63,526 bases of DNA from an archaeon (GTDB lineage Archaea > Iainarchaeota > Iainarchaeia > Iainarchaeales > 1-14-0-10-31-34), in the NCBI GenBank assembly GCA_043815885.1, contig JBDRIL010000005.1, forward strand, positions 1-63,526, in the 5' to 3' direction. Below the pieces are notes generated by a model. That model was not told the origin of the DNA and did not search any database. It saw only the letters and a program-made list of their open reading frames with translations. Numbering within the stretch: position 1 is the first letter of the stretch; every line of letters begins with the position of its first letter. Position numbers and translations under genes: made by a program. Below are positions 44,333 through 59,430 of this stretch, piece after piece.

Positions 44333-45601
44333 TTACTTTCTTGGTGTCACGCTTATAATCATTCCTGCTGCCACTGTCTGCCCCATGTCCCTTATCGCAA
44401 ACCTTCCTAATTGAGGGAACTTCTTGTATTCTTCCGCTACACATGGCTTCATTGGAACTACCTTGATTATTGCTGCATCCCCTGTCTTCAAGAACTTTGG
44501 ATTCTTTTCTTTTTCTGCTCCTGTTTTTGGATCCAGTGTCTTCTGTAGCTCTGTTACCTGCATTGAAAGCTGTGCTGTATGCAAGTGAAATACTGGAGTG
44601 TAATTCACTGGTATTGCAGTAGGATGATTCAGTACAACTATCTGTGCTATAAAGTCTTTCACTACTGTAGGAGGGTCCTTTGTATGTCCTGCAACGTCTC
44701 CTCTTGCAACATCTGTTTTTGAAATGCCTCTTACATTGAATCCAATGTTGTCTCCTGGCCTTGCTTCCTTTAATTGTTCGTGATGCATTTCAACTGTCTT
44801 GACTTCTCCTTCTTTTCCAACAGGCTCAAACCTTATCTTGTCTCCGGGTTTAATTATTCCTGTTTCAACCCTTCCAACAGGAACTGTTCCAACACCTTTA
44901 ATGTTGTATACGTCCTGTATTGGAAGCCTCAATGGTTTGTCGATTGGAGGTTCCGGGGCTATCAGTGTATCAAGTAAATCCAACATTACTGATTCCTTAT
45001 ACCAAGACATGTTCTCTGACTTCTTTGCGACATTGTCTCCTAACCAAGCACTTATTGGAACAAACTTTAATGCGTCTCCCTTGAATCCTATTCTAGTCAA
45101 TAGTTTTGTCAGTTCCTGCTTTAATTCAGTGAATCTCTTTTCCTCGAATTTTATTTCATCCATTTTGTTTATTGCTACAATCATCTGCTTTAATCCCATT
45201 ACCTGAGCTAAAAACGCGTGTTCCTTTGTTTGTGGCTGGATTCCTTCCTTTGCACTTACAACCAGTACTGCTGCATCAGCCTGGGAAGTTCCAGTAATCA
45301 TATTCTTAACAAAGTCTCTGTGGCCTGGTGCATCAATAATAGTAAAAGAATTCTTTTTTGCAACAAATTTCCTGTAAGCAACATCAATTGTTACTCCTCT
45401 TTCTCTTTCCTCTTTCAAGTTATCCATTACATAAGCAAAAGCAAAGGTTCCTTTTCCCTTTGATTCAGCTTCCTGTTTTAATTTCCTGTAATCCTGTTCA
45501 CTCAATGCTCCTGTATCATAAAGAAGTCTTCCGACTAAGGTTGACTTTCCATGGTCAACATGGCCAATGAACACCAAGTTAATGTGTGGCTTTTCTGCCA
45601 T
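44333..45601 (-). CDS. tuf: Elongation factor aEF-1 alpha
   Basis: 422 aa. [30 protein letters not shown]. Confidence 0.95.
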   Translation of the reverse strand: MAEKPHINLVFIGHVDHGKSTLVGRLLYDTGALSEQDYRKLKQEAESKGKGTFAFAYVMDNLKEERERGVTIDVAYRKFVAKKNSFTIIDAPGHRDFVKNMITGTSQADAAVLVVSAKEGIQPQTKEHAFLAQVMGLKQMIVAINKMDEIKFEEKRFTELKQELTKLLTRIGFKGDALKFVPISAWLGDNVAKKSENMSWYKESVMLDLLDTLIAPEPPIDKPLRLPIQDVYNIKGVGTVPVGRVETGIIKPGDKIRFEPVGKEGEVKTVEMHHEQLKEARPGDNIGFNVRGISKTDVARGDVAGHTKDPPTVVKDFIAQIVVLNHPTAIPVNYTPVFHLHTAQLSMQVTELQKTLDPKTGAEKEKNPKFLKTGDAAIIKVVPMKPCVAEEYKKFPQLGRFAIRDMGQTVAAGMIISVTPRK

Positions 45602-45674
45602 GAACTCTACACCTCCAAAATAACCTTTTACAAAAAAGTTTAACTAAAATTACACAATATTCTCTACACCAAAA

Positions 45675-45696
45675 CTATTAAAATAGTATTATATTT
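45675..45696 (-). promoter_or_regulatory. Candidate TATA region (AAATATAATACTATTTTAATAG, minus sense) upstream of aEF-1alpha; GGAGGTG SD at 45610-45616
   Basis: Seen in the 119-nt spacer between the EF-2 stop and the EF-1alpha start. The assignment is tentative. Confidence 0.3.
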
Positions 45697-45720
45697 ACGT
45701 TCATTGCCTGAATTTTAGTT

Positions 45721-47913
45721 TTACTCTAAGAAATATTGAGCGCTCTTTGGTTCTGGTTCCATGCCTTTTCTTTTCCTGATTTCTGCAATGGTTAATTTCT
45801 GTAATTCTCTTGGAAGATATTCATATCCAGAATATTCAGCTGTCCATACAGCTCTTCCTTGTGTTGCGCCTCTTATTGCTGCACTGAATCCAATTAATTC
45901 CTTTACCGGAGCCTTTCCTACAATTATTGTTTGGTCTCCTTCCTGCCTCATTTCAGTTATCTGTGTTCTTCTTGCTCCAAGTTCTTTACTCACTGCGCCC
46001 ATGTAATCCTGTGGAACTAAAATTGAAAGAATCTGTTTTGGTTCCATTAATAATGCATCTGATGAAAGCATGCATGCATAAATTCCTCTGGTGACTGCTG
46101 GAAGCACTTGTGCTGGGCCCCTGTGAATTGCGTCTTCATGCAGTTTTGCATCATCCAATACTACTTTTACTCCCTGTACTTTTTCTTTAGCCAAAGGACC
46201 TTCATTCATTGCATCAAAGAATGCCTGCATAACCAACTCCCTTATTTCAAATAATGCAACTATCCCTCTTGTTGCATTAATGAGAATATTATTGTTCTTT
46301 ATTGCCCAAGCCTTTTTTGCTTCATCTCTCTCGAATCCCGCATCAATCAATTTATTCACTATCTCTTTATCCTTATCCCTTATCTTTCCGTCATGTTTTA
46401 ATTCAACCAATTTACTGAATTGTTCTTCCGGAATTGCTTCAACATGAATATAGAATTTATTGTGTTTATTCGGGCTTTTACATTCATATTTTGGGGAGGT
46501 CTTCATAATGGCTTCATGGTAAACTACAATTGGCGATCCAACCGTAATAGGCAGTTTATGGTCATGTTCAATTCTGTACTGTGTTACCTCCAAGTGAAGT
46601 TCTCCCATTCCACTCAATAAATGTTCTCCTGTTTCCTGATTTATTTCTGCCCTGATATTCGGATCCTCTTTTGTTATCTGCCTGATTGTTTCAATTAGTT
46701 TAGGCAAATCCTTTGTCTGTTTTGCTTCAACTGAAACAGTCATTACTGGTTCAGCAGTACTCATGAATGCCTCAAATTCTTTCATTTCTTTGGAGGAAAT
46801 AGTTTCTCCTGCATACACTTCCTTTAATCCAACCAATGCAGCAATATTTCCTGCTGGAACTTCCGCTACAGGAACCCTGTCCGGACCCATGTAAAGACAG
46901 ACCTGCTGGATTTGCACTTCCTTTTGTTTTCCCATTAATCTTACCTTTGTTCCCTTCCTTACCCTTCCTGAATAGATTCTTCCTGTTGCAATATCCCCTG
47001 CATGAGGGTCAACAGTTACATCCACTACCATCATTGAAAGAGGCCCTTCAGCATTGCATTCAAGCATTGCCTTTCCTTCTTCACTCTCGAGTTCCCCTCC
47101 CCACACCTTTGGAGTCCTGTACTTCTGCGCTGTTAATGGATTAGGCAAATGCATTACAATCATTTCCACTAATGCTTCATGCAAGGGAGACTTTTCAGAC
47201 AATGTTTTTTGATCTTTATTTCGGCAAAATTCATATACGTCCTTGAATGAAATTCCTGTTTTCTTCATGTGGGGAACACTTACAGCCCAGTTATAGTAAG
47301 CAGAACCAAATGAAACAGAACCATTCTCTACATTCACTTTCCACTCGTTCTTGTATTTCTCTGGAGCATTCTTTTCAATCAATCCATTCACTTTAGTAAT
47401 GGTCTTCACAAACCTTTCCTGCATCTGTTCTGCATTCAACTGTAATTCATTAACCAGTCTATCAACCTTATTGATAAAAAGAGCAGGCTTAACATTTTCC
47501 TTTAATGCCTGCCTTATAACTGTCTCGGTTTGAGGCATTACTCCTTCAACTGAATCAACCACCAAAACAACTCCATCCACTGCCCTCATTGCTCGAATTA
47601 CTTCTCCTCCAAAATCAATATGCCCAGGGGTATCAATAATGTTAATCAAATACTCCTTTCCATTGCATTCCTGTACCATTGAAACATTTGCAGAATTAAT
47701 TGTAATTCCTCTCTGCTGTTCCAATTCATAGAAATCCATAAACAACTGCTTTCCGGCTAATTCCTTTGAAATCATTCCAGAAGCAGCAATCAAGTTATCA
47801 GTCAAAGTAGTCTTTCCGTGGTCAATATGGGCAACGATTCCAATATTCCTAATGTTTTCTCTTTTATTCATGTATTGTTCTGCTTTCTTTGCCACGTCTT
47901 CTCTTCTAACCAT
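45721..47913 (-). CDS. fusA: Elongation factor aEF-2
   Basis: 730 aa. [29 protein letters not shown], and the diphthamide-site context [11 protein letters not shown]. Confidence 0.95.
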   Translation of the reverse strand: MVRREDVAKKAEQYMNKRENIRNIGIVAHIDHGKTTLTDNLIAASGMISKELAGKQLFMDFYELEQQRGITINSANVSMVQECNGKEYLINIIDTPGHIDFGGEVIRAMRAVDGVVLVVDSVEGVMPQTETVIRQALKENVKPALFINKVDRLVNELQLNAEQMQERFVKTITKVNGLIEKNAPEKYKNEWKVNVENGSVSFGSAYYNWAVSVPHMKKTGISFKDVYEFCRNKDQKTLSEKSPLHEALVEMIVMHLPNPLTAQKYRTPKVWGGELESEEGKAMLECNAEGPLSMMVVDVTVDPHAGDIATGRIYSGRVRKGTKVRLMGKQKEVQIQQVCLYMGPDRVPVAEVPAGNIAALVGLKEVYAGETISSKEMKEFEAFMSTAEPVMTVSVEAKQTKDLPKLIETIRQITKEDPNIRAEINQETGEHLLSGMGELHLEVTQYRIEHDHKLPITVGSPIVVYHEAIMKTSPKYECKSPNKHNKFYIHVEAIPEEQFSKLVELKHDGKIRDKDKEIVNKLIDAGFERDEAKKAWAIKNNNILINATRGIVALFEIRELVMQAFFDAMNEGPLAKEKVQGVKVVLDDAKLHEDAIHRGPAQVLPAVTRGIYACMLSSDALLMEPKQILSILVPQDYMGAVSKELGARRTQITEMRQEGDQTIIVGKAPVKELIGFSAAIRGATQGRAVWTAEYSGYEYLPRELQKLTIAEIRKRKGMEPEPKSAQYFLE

Positions 47914-47934
47914 TTTATCTTTCCCCTAATTAGT

Positions 47935-48546
47935 TTACCTTGAACTCTGTGCAATTCTCTCTACTTCATCCTTTCTTTTAATTGAGAAACTGTTTGCATC
48001 ATCCTTTGATGCAAGGATTAATTCCTTTGCCAGTGCTTCTGATGCAGTTACTTTTTTATTGAAAGAAGAAGAAAACGCAGCCAAAGCAATATTCTTTAAA
48101 CTCTCATCTATTCTTTTTAGTGGAGCAATATCTACTGCAATACTGTACGCAATTCCTCCCTTCTTTATTCTTGTAGTGTCTTCCCTTGGAGCGGAATTCT
48201 CTATTGCCCTAACCAATACCTGCACTGGATTCTGTTTTGTTTCTTTTTCCACTATCTCAAACGCTTTTTCAATTATATTTATTGCCTGGAGCTTCTTTCC
48301 ACAACTTCCCCTTCCTCTGATGTATTTCCCGCTTAACTTTCTCTTTCCTTGCCCTGACCTCATTACCTTGTTAACCAGTCTTTCAACAATACTCATGCTT
48401 CCCTTTGAAAACCTCTTCCTTGTCAGTTTTCCGAATGAATGAGGAATCAATTTTGATTCAAGGCTTAAATGATTAGCCAAAGTTATATCATTAATCTTTA
48501 CCCCTTCTACAGTCCATTTGCCGAAGAGCTTGAATTCCTCACTCAT
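47935..48546 (-). CDS. rps7: Ribosomal protein uS7
   Basis: 203 aa. ...ERLVNKVMRSGQGKRK...NPVQVLVRAIENSAPRED. Confidence 0.9.
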   Translation of the reverse strand: MSEEFKLFGKWTVEGVKINDITLANHLSLESKLIPHSFGKLTRKRFSKGSMSIVERLVNKVMRSGQGKRKLSGKYIRGRGSCGKKLQAINIIEKAFEIVEKETKQNPVQVLVRAIENSAPREDTTRIKKGGIAYSIAVDIAPLKRIDESLKNIALAAFSSSFNKKVTASEALAKELILASKDDANSFSIKRKDEVERIAQSSR

Positions 48547-48978
48547 TTACCTCTTCACCTTCTCTATTTTTCCTCTTCTAAGCATTTCAAGTGACTGGTT
48601 ATTCACTTTAATTATCTTGAATTTCACTCCCCACAAATCTCCTGGGGCTCCGCCTTTCCTTCCCCCAGCTCCTTCAATCAATACTTCATCGTGTTCATCA
48701 ATATATTTTATTGCTCCGTCGAATGGCGCTAAAGCAGTCAACTGCTTTCCATTCTTAATGAGCTGGATCCTACAACACTTTCTGATTCCGCTGTTTGGCT
48801 GTCTTGCTGTCACTCCTCTCTTCTCCAAAACAATTCCTCTTCCTTGGGGTGACCCCTCCAGAATATCCTTTCTTCCTCTCTTTCGTATAAGTATTCTTTT
48901 CCTTTCTTTTCTTTTTTTCTTTTTCCATTTCTTTCTCTTTTTTTCCAGACTCTTAGCTGAGAATTCTCCTGAAGCCAT
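48547..48978 (-). CDS. rps12: Ribosomal protein uS12
   Basis: 143 aa. [43 protein letters not shown]. Confidence 0.9.
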   Translation of the reverse strand: MASGEFSAKSLEKKRKKWKKKKRKERKRILIRKRGRKDILEGSPQGRGIVLEKRGVTARQPNSGIRKCCRIQLIKNGKQLTALAPFDGAIKYIDEHDEVLIEGAGGRKGGAPGDLWGVKFKIIKVNNQSLEMLRRGKIEKVKR

Positions 48979-48984
48979 TCCCTT

Positions 48985-49394
48985 TCACCTTATCCTTATT
49001 TCATTAACATTATAATGTCTCTGCATTAATTCCTTTATCTTCTTCAGCTTATTTGTTTCATTCATTATCTTTCTCTTGTTCTCTGAATCCAGTTTCAATA
49101 AAACATTCTTTTTTCCCGCTTCTTCTCCTAACTCAATTTCATTGAATTCTATTCCCCTGAAAACATTTTTAATGAATCTCTTTGGATCGGCACTGTAAGC
49201 AAATACATCAATGTCTTTCCTGATTTTATTTCTTAACTTCTTTATATTTGAACCATTCCTTCCAATCACATTTCCTATATCTGATTCCTTGACCATGAAC
49301 GTTACCCTGTTTCCCTTTATAATGCAGTCCACTGCATCCACTCCTGAAAAGGAATTCAGTGCATTGATTAAGAGAATTTCTTCATTGCCTAACT

Positions 49395-49398
<4 letters not shown>
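48985..49398 (-). CDS. nusA: Archaeal NusA-like transcription factor (two KH domains)
   Basis: 137 aa. GNVIGRNGSNIKKL KH signature. Lies in the conserved position between eL30 and uS12. Confidence 0.8.
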
Positions 49399-53541
<4,143 letters not shown>

Positions 53542-53555
53542 TTATTTCTTCTCCT

Positions 53556-55370
53556 TTAAGCTCTCTCCTTTAAAATTAATTTTGGATAGATTCCCAGAGT
53601 CTTTAATTCATCCAGTAACAGCTTGAATCCATAGGACATCTCCACAGGATAAATAGCAGAGCCATTACACAAAGAACACGTCCTTCTATTCCTAACTTGA
53701 TCGTCTATTGCAATCACTCCGCATTTCTCACACACTAATTCGATTACCCTGTCTGAATCAGCAATGAATTTTTCCTGTAACAGCATTGCAGCTCCATGCC
53801 CTACAAGTGTCTCTCCTTCCATTTCTCCAAACCTTAATCCGCCCTCTTTTTCCTTTCCCTCTGTCGGCTGTCTTGTCAGGATTTGTACTGGTCCTCTGCT
53901 CCTGCTCTGAATCTTGTGTGCAACCATGTGGAACAATCTCCTGTAACTAACCACTCCAATAAATACCTCGCTTTCAATCCTCTCTCCAGTTATCCCGTCA
54001 TAAAGTACTTCCTTTCCATCACCCCTGAAACTTCTCTTGCCCAATAAATTCATTAATTCTCCAACAGGAACTGAACTGAATGGAGTTCCATCAATCTCTG
54101 TTCCATTCATTGAAGCAACCTTTCCAGCAAGCATTTCAATTAAATGCCCAATAGTCATTCTTGAAGGAATGGAATGAGGATTAAGAATTAAATCAGGCTT
54201 TATTCCTTCAGCAGTAAAAGGCATGTCTTCTTCCGGGACAATTGCTCCAACCACTCCCTTCTGCCCGTGTTTACTGGAAAACTTGTCTCCCAGTTCAGGA
54301 ATCATTTCACTCCTAATCTTTACCTTCACTAATTTATTTCCATCAGAATCTTCAGTAACCATTATTCTATCCACTTTTCCTGGTTTTCCTTTTCTTACAA
54401 TTGTACTGCTTTCCCTTCTCTTTTCCTCTATAACCCCAAATTCACTCATTTCTTCTAGGAACCTTGGAGGAGAGGTTCTCCCAATAATTACGTCCTTTTC
54501 TGTTGCAAATTCCTCTATCTCAATCAATCCATCTTCCCCTAACTTCTTATAGAATTCTTCCCCCAGATAACCGACTGTTTCCTCTTTTGGAATCTCAAAC
54601 TTGTCAATCTGTCCTCCAGGATACCTGTTTTCAGCAGATTCATAGTTTCTAAAGTAAGCGCTCCTTCCCAGGCCCCTTTCAATTGCACCTCTATTCAATA
54701 CCACTGCATCCAGTATATTGAATCCATAGTAAGGCATTATTGCAACCACGAAATTCTGGTCTTGGGGCCTTTTATTCAATGCAATCAAATCATGTGTTTT
54801 TGTCTTCACCAGGCTCTTTTGGGGGTAGTAAAGCAAATGCCCTTCTGTATCAGTCCTTAAATTATAATTAGAGCCACTGATTCCCAATGCCTGCTTGAAC
54901 ATCTTTGCTCCATGCAATGCCTTTCCAGCCATATTGTGTTCAAGGTAAGGAATAAGCGAAGAAATCACGCTCAATATTCCAGCAGGATCAATCTCCATGT
55001 GAGTGTGTTCTTTTGTTAATTCTTCCTCTTTAACTGCAATAAATGCATTCTCTTCTTCCTCTGCATCCATGTATTCAATTATTCCCTCTCTCAGTAAGTC
55101 ATTCCATCTGAGTTTTCCTTCCTCTAATTGCTTGACGTGTTCCTCTCTCAGCTTCAATTTCCCGTTCTCTACAACCAGCAAAGGCCTTTGCACTCTTCCA
55201 GCATCAGTGTTGATATACACTTCCTCTGTATCAGAGTGATGAGCTATATTTACCTGATGATTAATTCTTCCCTTTCTCCTTAACTGAATCAATTGTTTGG
55301 TTAAATTATTTGCATCCTTATGAAATCCAATCAGTCTTCCATTAATGTATACCTTTGCCTGTCTAGCCAT
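53556..55370 (-). CDS. rpoB1: RNA polymerase subunit Rpo2C (B')
   Basis: 604 aa. GDKFSSKHGQKGV, LNPHSIPSRMTIG, FGEMEGETLVGHGAA, and a C-terminal zinc ribbon CEKCG...CSLC. Confidence 0.95.
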   Translation of the reverse strand: MARQAKVYINGRLIGFHKDANNLTKQLIQLRRKGRINHQVNIAHHSDTEEVYINTDAGRVQRPLLVVENGKLKLREEHVKQLEEGKLRWNDLLREGIIEYMDAEEEENAFIAVKEEELTKEHTHMEIDPAGILSVISSLIPYLEHNMAGKALHGAKMFKQALGISGSNYNLRTDTEGHLLYYPQKSLVKTKTHDLIALNKRPQDQNFVVAIMPYYGFNILDAVVLNRGAIERGLGRSAYFRNYESAENRYPGGQIDKFEIPKEETVGYLGEEFYKKLGEDGLIEIEEFATEKDVIIGRTSPPRFLEEMSEFGVIEEKRRESSTIVRKGKPGKVDRIMVTEDSDGNKLVKVKIRSEMIPELGDKFSSKHGQKGVVGAIVPEEDMPFTAEGIKPDLILNPHSIPSRMTIGHLIEMLAGKVASMNGTEIDGTPFSSVPVGELMNLLGKRSFRGDGKEVLYDGITGERIESEVFIGVVSYRRLFHMVAHKIQSRSRGPVQILTRQPTEGKEKEGGLRFGEMEGETLVGHGAAMLLQEKFIADSDRVIELVCEKCGVIAIDDQVRNRRTCSLCNGSAIYPVEMSYGFKLLLDELKTLGIYPKLILKERA

Positions 55371-55383
55371 TTTTTTTCCTTCC

Positions 55384-58374
55384 CTATAATTTCTTTAATT
55401 TGACGCCCATTTCATCCAGAATCTTTTCTATCGGCGCTTCCTCTGCATCCACTGTCACTTCAGCCAATAATGATAAGTTTTTCACTAACCCGCAGTTTCC
55501 TGTAAGGAAACCATTTGCAAAAAAATTGTGGTGTTCCTGAATTGTTGTAATATCCCTCACATTACTGCATTCAACTTCTTTTATTGATTCAATTGTCTCC
55601 CAAACTAAGCCATTATCTGATATTACATTTTCCCTTATCCATTCATTAAATCTAGGAAAATCTTTTTCAGACACTCTAACATTGTTCTTTCCTTTTTTTG
55701 CATTCTTTTTAATCCAATTATTTAAATCATGTTCTCTTATCTCGTAATCCAAGGAATTCATTATTTCTGCTCTTGTTTTTCCGCTTGAGTACAACTTTAA
55801 TGCTGTTTTTTGAAGCATTGATCTTTTTTTAACTAAGGTCTCTTTGCTTAATAAGTATTCAAATGCAAGCCTTGCTAAACTTTTCCTTTGATTGCAGTAA
55901 CTAAAACCAATAACTCCATACAGTTTAATTAGATTGTCTAGCTTGGATGAAATCAATCCTTTAATTTTTCTTGTTTCTGTCCCATTTTTTCTCTTAATTC
56001 CGTCAACTATTCTTATCGAAGACATCCCAATTTCAAATCCATTAAGCAATTCTTTAACCTCTTCTGCGAAGTTTACTGCATTGCCTTCTAGCTCTTTACG
56101 TTTATTTAGTGAAAAAGAGGGTTGCAGGAAAATTTTATCATTTCTTTTGTCCGTTTTTGGGGTTGTCATTTCGCTTCCAAAATAAGCCGAAAGAAATTCT
56201 TTTTGAATTATTTTTCTTTCTTTTTTTATCCACTCAGGGATCCTTGTTTCTTTTAAAGCTTTATCTCCCGTAGGAGCGCCAAGAACTTTCAACAAAACCC
56301 ACAGAGGTTTTGAATAGCAATCTTTCCTTGTTGTTATTCCTTTTATTATTCTACCGTCGTCTAATACTGATATTTTTTCTCTTGAATCGATTTTTGAGAC
56401 ATTAAATCCAAGTAGCCTGATGTCTTTTTCTATTTCTTCTAAGTCCCCTTCTGTTCCACTCAAAACAACGGAAACATTTGACTTGAATTTTTTCATGCTT
56501 AGAGTGAGACTGCCGTCTCCAAATATGTGGCCAACCAATCTTGTTAATGCAAGGATTCTCTCATCACTGCTTTTTAAGGGTAACAGTTTTCTCTTTTTCA
56601 GTTCTTCAATAATGTAATTAAAATTGCTTTTTTCTGGGCAGTTTTTTCTTATTTTTTCTTCATCCACCAGAATAGTTTCTTTTGCCTCTTGGAAAAGAAT
56701 CGGTTTTATTGGCAGCACGGCAACCCTGTCCCCTGTTTTTAATTTCTCTAAATTAATTTTTCCTTTTTCTGAATAAAATGGATGGTCAATTGTTGCAATT
56801 AATTTTCTGTTTGTTTCCTTTGTTGTTATTTCAACCGTCTTTTTGTTCGGTTTTAGTTTTAAGTATCTGCCAACATTACTTATTGCTTCTTTTTTGTTTT
56901 TCTCCCAGTCTATTGAGAGTATTTTTTTATTGGTCCATTTACCCTCATAATCTTTTATGCTTATTCCAGTGTAGTCATCCAATAACATTTCTGTTTCAGG
57001 TGCAACACATTGAGGGCCATCAGGGGTTTCCACTGCATCAAGCCTTCCCCAATGAGTTCCATGCACGTCCCTTGCCTCATACAATTCCCTGTTTTTATCC
57101 AATGGACTCTTTACCTTTCTCAAATCAGTTAATGGTGCAAGGTAATTCACTCTCTCCATGAATTTACTTACTCCAGTAGCTCTTCCAATCCAGTTCCCTG
57201 TACTCATTGCAAACCTGATTCTTTCACTCACTGCCCCAGGCCTTACAACAGTACTGATATTCAGTTTCCTTCTCCTTGTAATGGTTCTGTCTATCTGAAA
57301 CTTCAAGTCCTTTATAAAGTACTTGAATGAATACCTGAATAAGTGCTCCATTAGTTTTCCACTCAATTCCAGTCTCTTATTACTGTAATGATCTTTATCG
57401 TCTTCATTCCTCAATCCATGAGCCAATTCAGTTGCCTTTGTAGCCATCATGCTCAAGTAATAAGCTTTAGCTAATCTATCCTTTGCACTCTGCCCAATAT
57501 GAGGCAACAAGAAAGCATCAATCACTTCTTGGGCCCTTCTCAGCCTGTACTCTATTACCTGTCCTGGCGCCACATACTTTCCAATCCTGTCCAGTGCATC
57601 TTCCTGTTTTTTTATATCAAGCATCTCCAGATTCAGTAAAACGTCATTCATTACCTCTTTTTCTTCCTCTGGAAATGCTCCAATCAATTCCTTTTCTGAA
57701 ACCAATCCAAGTGCCTTCAATAAAACAAACAATCTCAATTTCCTTGGAGAAGAAGGAAATGTTACAAACAATACTCCATCCACATTCCTTGTAATCCTCA
57801 CTCTTCCCTTGAATGCCCCTTTAGTGGAAATAACCTCAGCAATCACTCTCTCCTGAGGCTGTTTCGAAACCAGCACCCTGTCAGAAGCCAGTACTTCCTG
57901 AGTCATTAAAGCTTTCTCTGAACCATTAATAATAAAGTATCCCCCAAAGTCTTCTGGATCCTCTCCCATTTCAATTAATTCTTCATCCGATTTTCCTGCC
58001 AGCCAGCATCTATTGGATTTAAGCATTATAGGCATTTCTCCAATATATGTCTTCTTTATGTCCTGTTCAACGTCTCTCCTCAATAACTTCATTGTAAGAT
58101 AGAGCGGCCCAGAATAAGTTCTGTTCCTTGTTCTTGATTCCATTGGATAAAAATTAGTTCTGGGGCTTCCATCAGCCTCAACAATTTTTGGCTTGTGCAC
58201 CTCAATATTCTCCACTTCAATTCTTACTTCTTCTATCTTTGGGATTATCAGCTTGTTTTCTTCAACTATTTCATCCAGTTTCTGGTCAATGAATTGATTG
58301 AAGGAATCAATTTCCTGTTGTGCAATATTCTTGTCCCTAAAATACAGATTAATTAAAGGCCATCCATTAATCAT
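55384..58374 (-). CDS. rpoB2: RNA polymerase subunit Rpo2N (B'') interrupted by a 505-aa intein (455-aa N-extein + 36-aa C-extein)
   Basis: 996 aa. Extein sequence ...HWGRLDAVETPDGPQ | intein | CGLVKNLSLLAEV... restores the invariant Rpb2/beta motif. Confidence 0.9.
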   Translation of the reverse strand: MINGWPLINLYFRDKNIAQQEIDSFNQFIDQKLDEIVEENKLIIPKIEEVRIEVENIEVHKPKIVEADGSPRTNFYPMESRTRNRTYSGPLYLTMKLLRRDVEQDIKKTYIGEMPIMLKSNRCWLAGKSDEELIEMGEDPEDFGGYFIINGSEKALMTQEVLASDRVLVSKQPQERVIAEVISTKGAFKGRVRITRNVDGVLFVTFPSSPRKLRLFVLLKALGLVSEKELIGAFPEEEKEVMNDVLLNLEMLDIKKQEDALDRIGKYVAPGQVIEYRLRRAQEVIDAFLLPHIGQSAKDRLAKAYYLSMMATKATELAHGLRNEDDKDHYSNKRLELSGKLMEHLFRYSFKYFIKDLKFQIDRTITRRRKLNISTVVRPGAVSERIRFAMSTGNWIGRATGVSKFMERVNYLAPLTDLRKVKSPLDKNRELYEARDVHGTHWGRLDAVETPDGPQCVAPETEMLLDDYTGISIKDYEGKWTNKKILSIDWEKNKKEAISNVGRYLKLKPNKKTVEITTKETNRKLIATIDHPFYSEKGKINLEKLKTGDRVAVLPIKPILFQEAKETILVDEEKIRKNCPEKSNFNYIIEELKKRKLLPLKSSDERILALTRLVGHIFGDGSLTLSMKKFKSNVSVVLSGTEGDLEEIEKDIRLLGFNVSKIDSREKISVLDDGRIIKGITTRKDCYSKPLWVLLKVLGAPTGDKALKETRIPEWIKKERKIIQKEFLSAYFGSEMTTPKTDKRNDKIFLQPSFSLNKRKELEGNAVNFAEEVKELLNGFEIGMSSIRIVDGIKRKNGTETRKIKGLISSKLDNLIKLYGVIGFSYCNQRKSLARLAFEYLLSKETLVKKRSMLQKTALKLYSSGKTRAEIMNSLDYEIREHDLNNWIKKNAKKGKNNVRVSEKDFPRFNEWIRENVISDNGLVWETIESIKEVECSNVRDITTIQEHHNFFANGFLTGNCGLVKNLSLLAEVTVDAEEAPIEKILDEMGVKLKKL
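55495..57009 (-). mobile_element. Intein with LAGLIDADG homing-endonuclease domain in rpoB''
   Basis: Cys1 (TGT at 57009-57007) begins CVAPETEMLL. Block B is ATIDHPF (TxxH). The LAGLIDADG motifs are LVGHIFGDGSL (~56509-56541) and FLSAYFGSEMT. The C-terminus is HNFFANGFLTGN, followed by a +1 Cys (TGC at 55494-55492). 1515 nt = 505 codons, in frame. Confidence 0.85.
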
Positions 58375-58385
58375 TCTTTCACTCC

Positions 58386-58655
58386 TTAAATTACCACTCT
58401 ATAGGCAATGCTCTTTCCAGCAGTAAGGCTATTCCTTGTAACCTTGATTAAGTCCCCTTTCTTTGCTCCAATCTCTTCTATCACTGGATCAGTCTTAAGA
58501 ATCTGAGGAAACTTTTCCTTTTTCAGGCCAAACTTCTTAATGATTTCTTCAGCCTCTTTCTCAGGAATTATTTCATGCGGTGGAACAAGAACATGATTCA
58601 AAAGGGATTCATTTTTTTTACTTACCAAAGGCAATTCCTCCAAATGGGAAACCAA
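58386..58655 (-). CDS. rpoH: RNA polymerase subunit Rpo5 (H)
   Basis: 89 aa. NHVLVPPHEIIPEKEAEEIIKKFG...KTDPVIEEIGAKKGDLIKVTRNSLTAGKSIAYRVV. Confidence 0.85.
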   Translation of the reverse strand: MVSHLEELPLVSKKNESLLNHVLVPPHEIIPEKEAEEIIKKFGLKKEKFPQILKTDPVIEEIGAKKGDLIKVTRNSLTAGKSIAYRVVI

Positions 58656-58805
58656 TTCCTAAGCCTAGCGGAAGCTGAACTCAACAAATTCGTTCAGAAA
58701 GGATTCAATTCTCTCAACCACTACACCTTAGCCCAAAAATCGGTAAAGTCATCTCTCCAAAGCTAACTAACAATTTATCCACAGAAAAGGATTTAAAGAT
58801 TTGCT

Positions 58806-59384
58806 TTACATCGTTAGCTTCTCTTTCTTCCTCTTCTCTGAAACCATCTTGAAAATCAGTTCCTGTGTCTTTTCTGGTTCAGGAACAGCCACCAAATTTC
58901 CCTCTGCGCCCATTCTTCCGCCCCTGTAAGAATACTGCCCTGCAAGAGACTGAATATACAGTGACCCAAAACCAAAGACACTCTCAAGAAAAGTCCTTGA
59001 AATAATTACATCAGAAATCCTCTCAAAAGGAATAGAACTAATCCTGTATCCAACAAACCCTCTCATGTAAAGAATCCTTTTATTCGTAATCCAGTAATTC
59101 TGCTTCTCGTACTTCATTGAAGTAAAAATCCAAGCCAGAACAAGAGCCAGAATAATTGCAAAGAAAAATATCAATCCCATTCCTCCAATAGCAGATGTTC
59201 CAGAACCAGCAAATATGCCTGCTCCAATAAACATTGATATAAAAAAGCAGAAGAAAATCAATCCAACAAAGTTTCCAATAAACCAGTAGCTCTTCAGATT
59301 CGAGACAGGCTTTATCTCCTCCACTATCTTCTCCCCTTCCTGGAGATTAAACAGATTCCCTCTATTCATTTTAACCAATAACAT
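58806..59384 (-). CDS. Membrane protein with bacterial-type PH domain (YdbS/YdbT, DUF304-like)
   Basis: 192 aa with two TMs. Then WITNKRILYMRGFVGYRISSIPFERISDVIISRTFLESVFGFGSLYIQS. Confidence 0.6.
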   Translation of the reverse strand: MLLVKMNRGNLFNLQEGEKIVEEIKPVSNLKSYWFIGNFVGLIFFCFFISMFIGAGIFAGSGTSAIGGMGLIFFFAIILALVLAWIFTSMKYEKQNYWITNKRILYMRGFVGYRISSIPFERISDVIISRTFLESVFGFGSLYIQSLAGQYSYRGGRMGAEGNLVAVPEPEKTQELIFKMVSEKRKKEKLTM

Positions 59385-59430
59385 TCCTTCCAGAAATTCC
59401 TTTTAACCTTATCTCTTCCCACTCATTTCT

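Noticed and set aside
44211-44444. The 77-aa minus ORF spanning the uS10/EF-1alpha junction. Similar nested ORFs are 39380-39613, 43654-43878 and 21701-21901.
   Set aside because: They overlap the ends or interiors of strongly supported genes in other frames, with no independent support.
55384-58374. The 996-aa Rpo2N ORF as a possible B''-B' fusion, a gene duplication or a frameshift artefact.
   Set aside because: A separate full-length B' follows at 53556-55370. The extra 505 aa has intein boundary residues (Cys1, terminal Asn, +1 Cys) and LAGLIDADG motifs, and removing it restores a contiguous conserved motif.
58656-58805. Possible tRNA or box C/D sRNA in the rpoH upstream spacer, prompted by GTAGTGGTTGAGAG and TTGAATCC-like strings and by GATGA/CTGA motifs.
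   Set aside because: I could not fold an acceptor stem or a 5-bp anticodon stem on either strand. The C/D-like boxes are imperfect and wrongly spaced.
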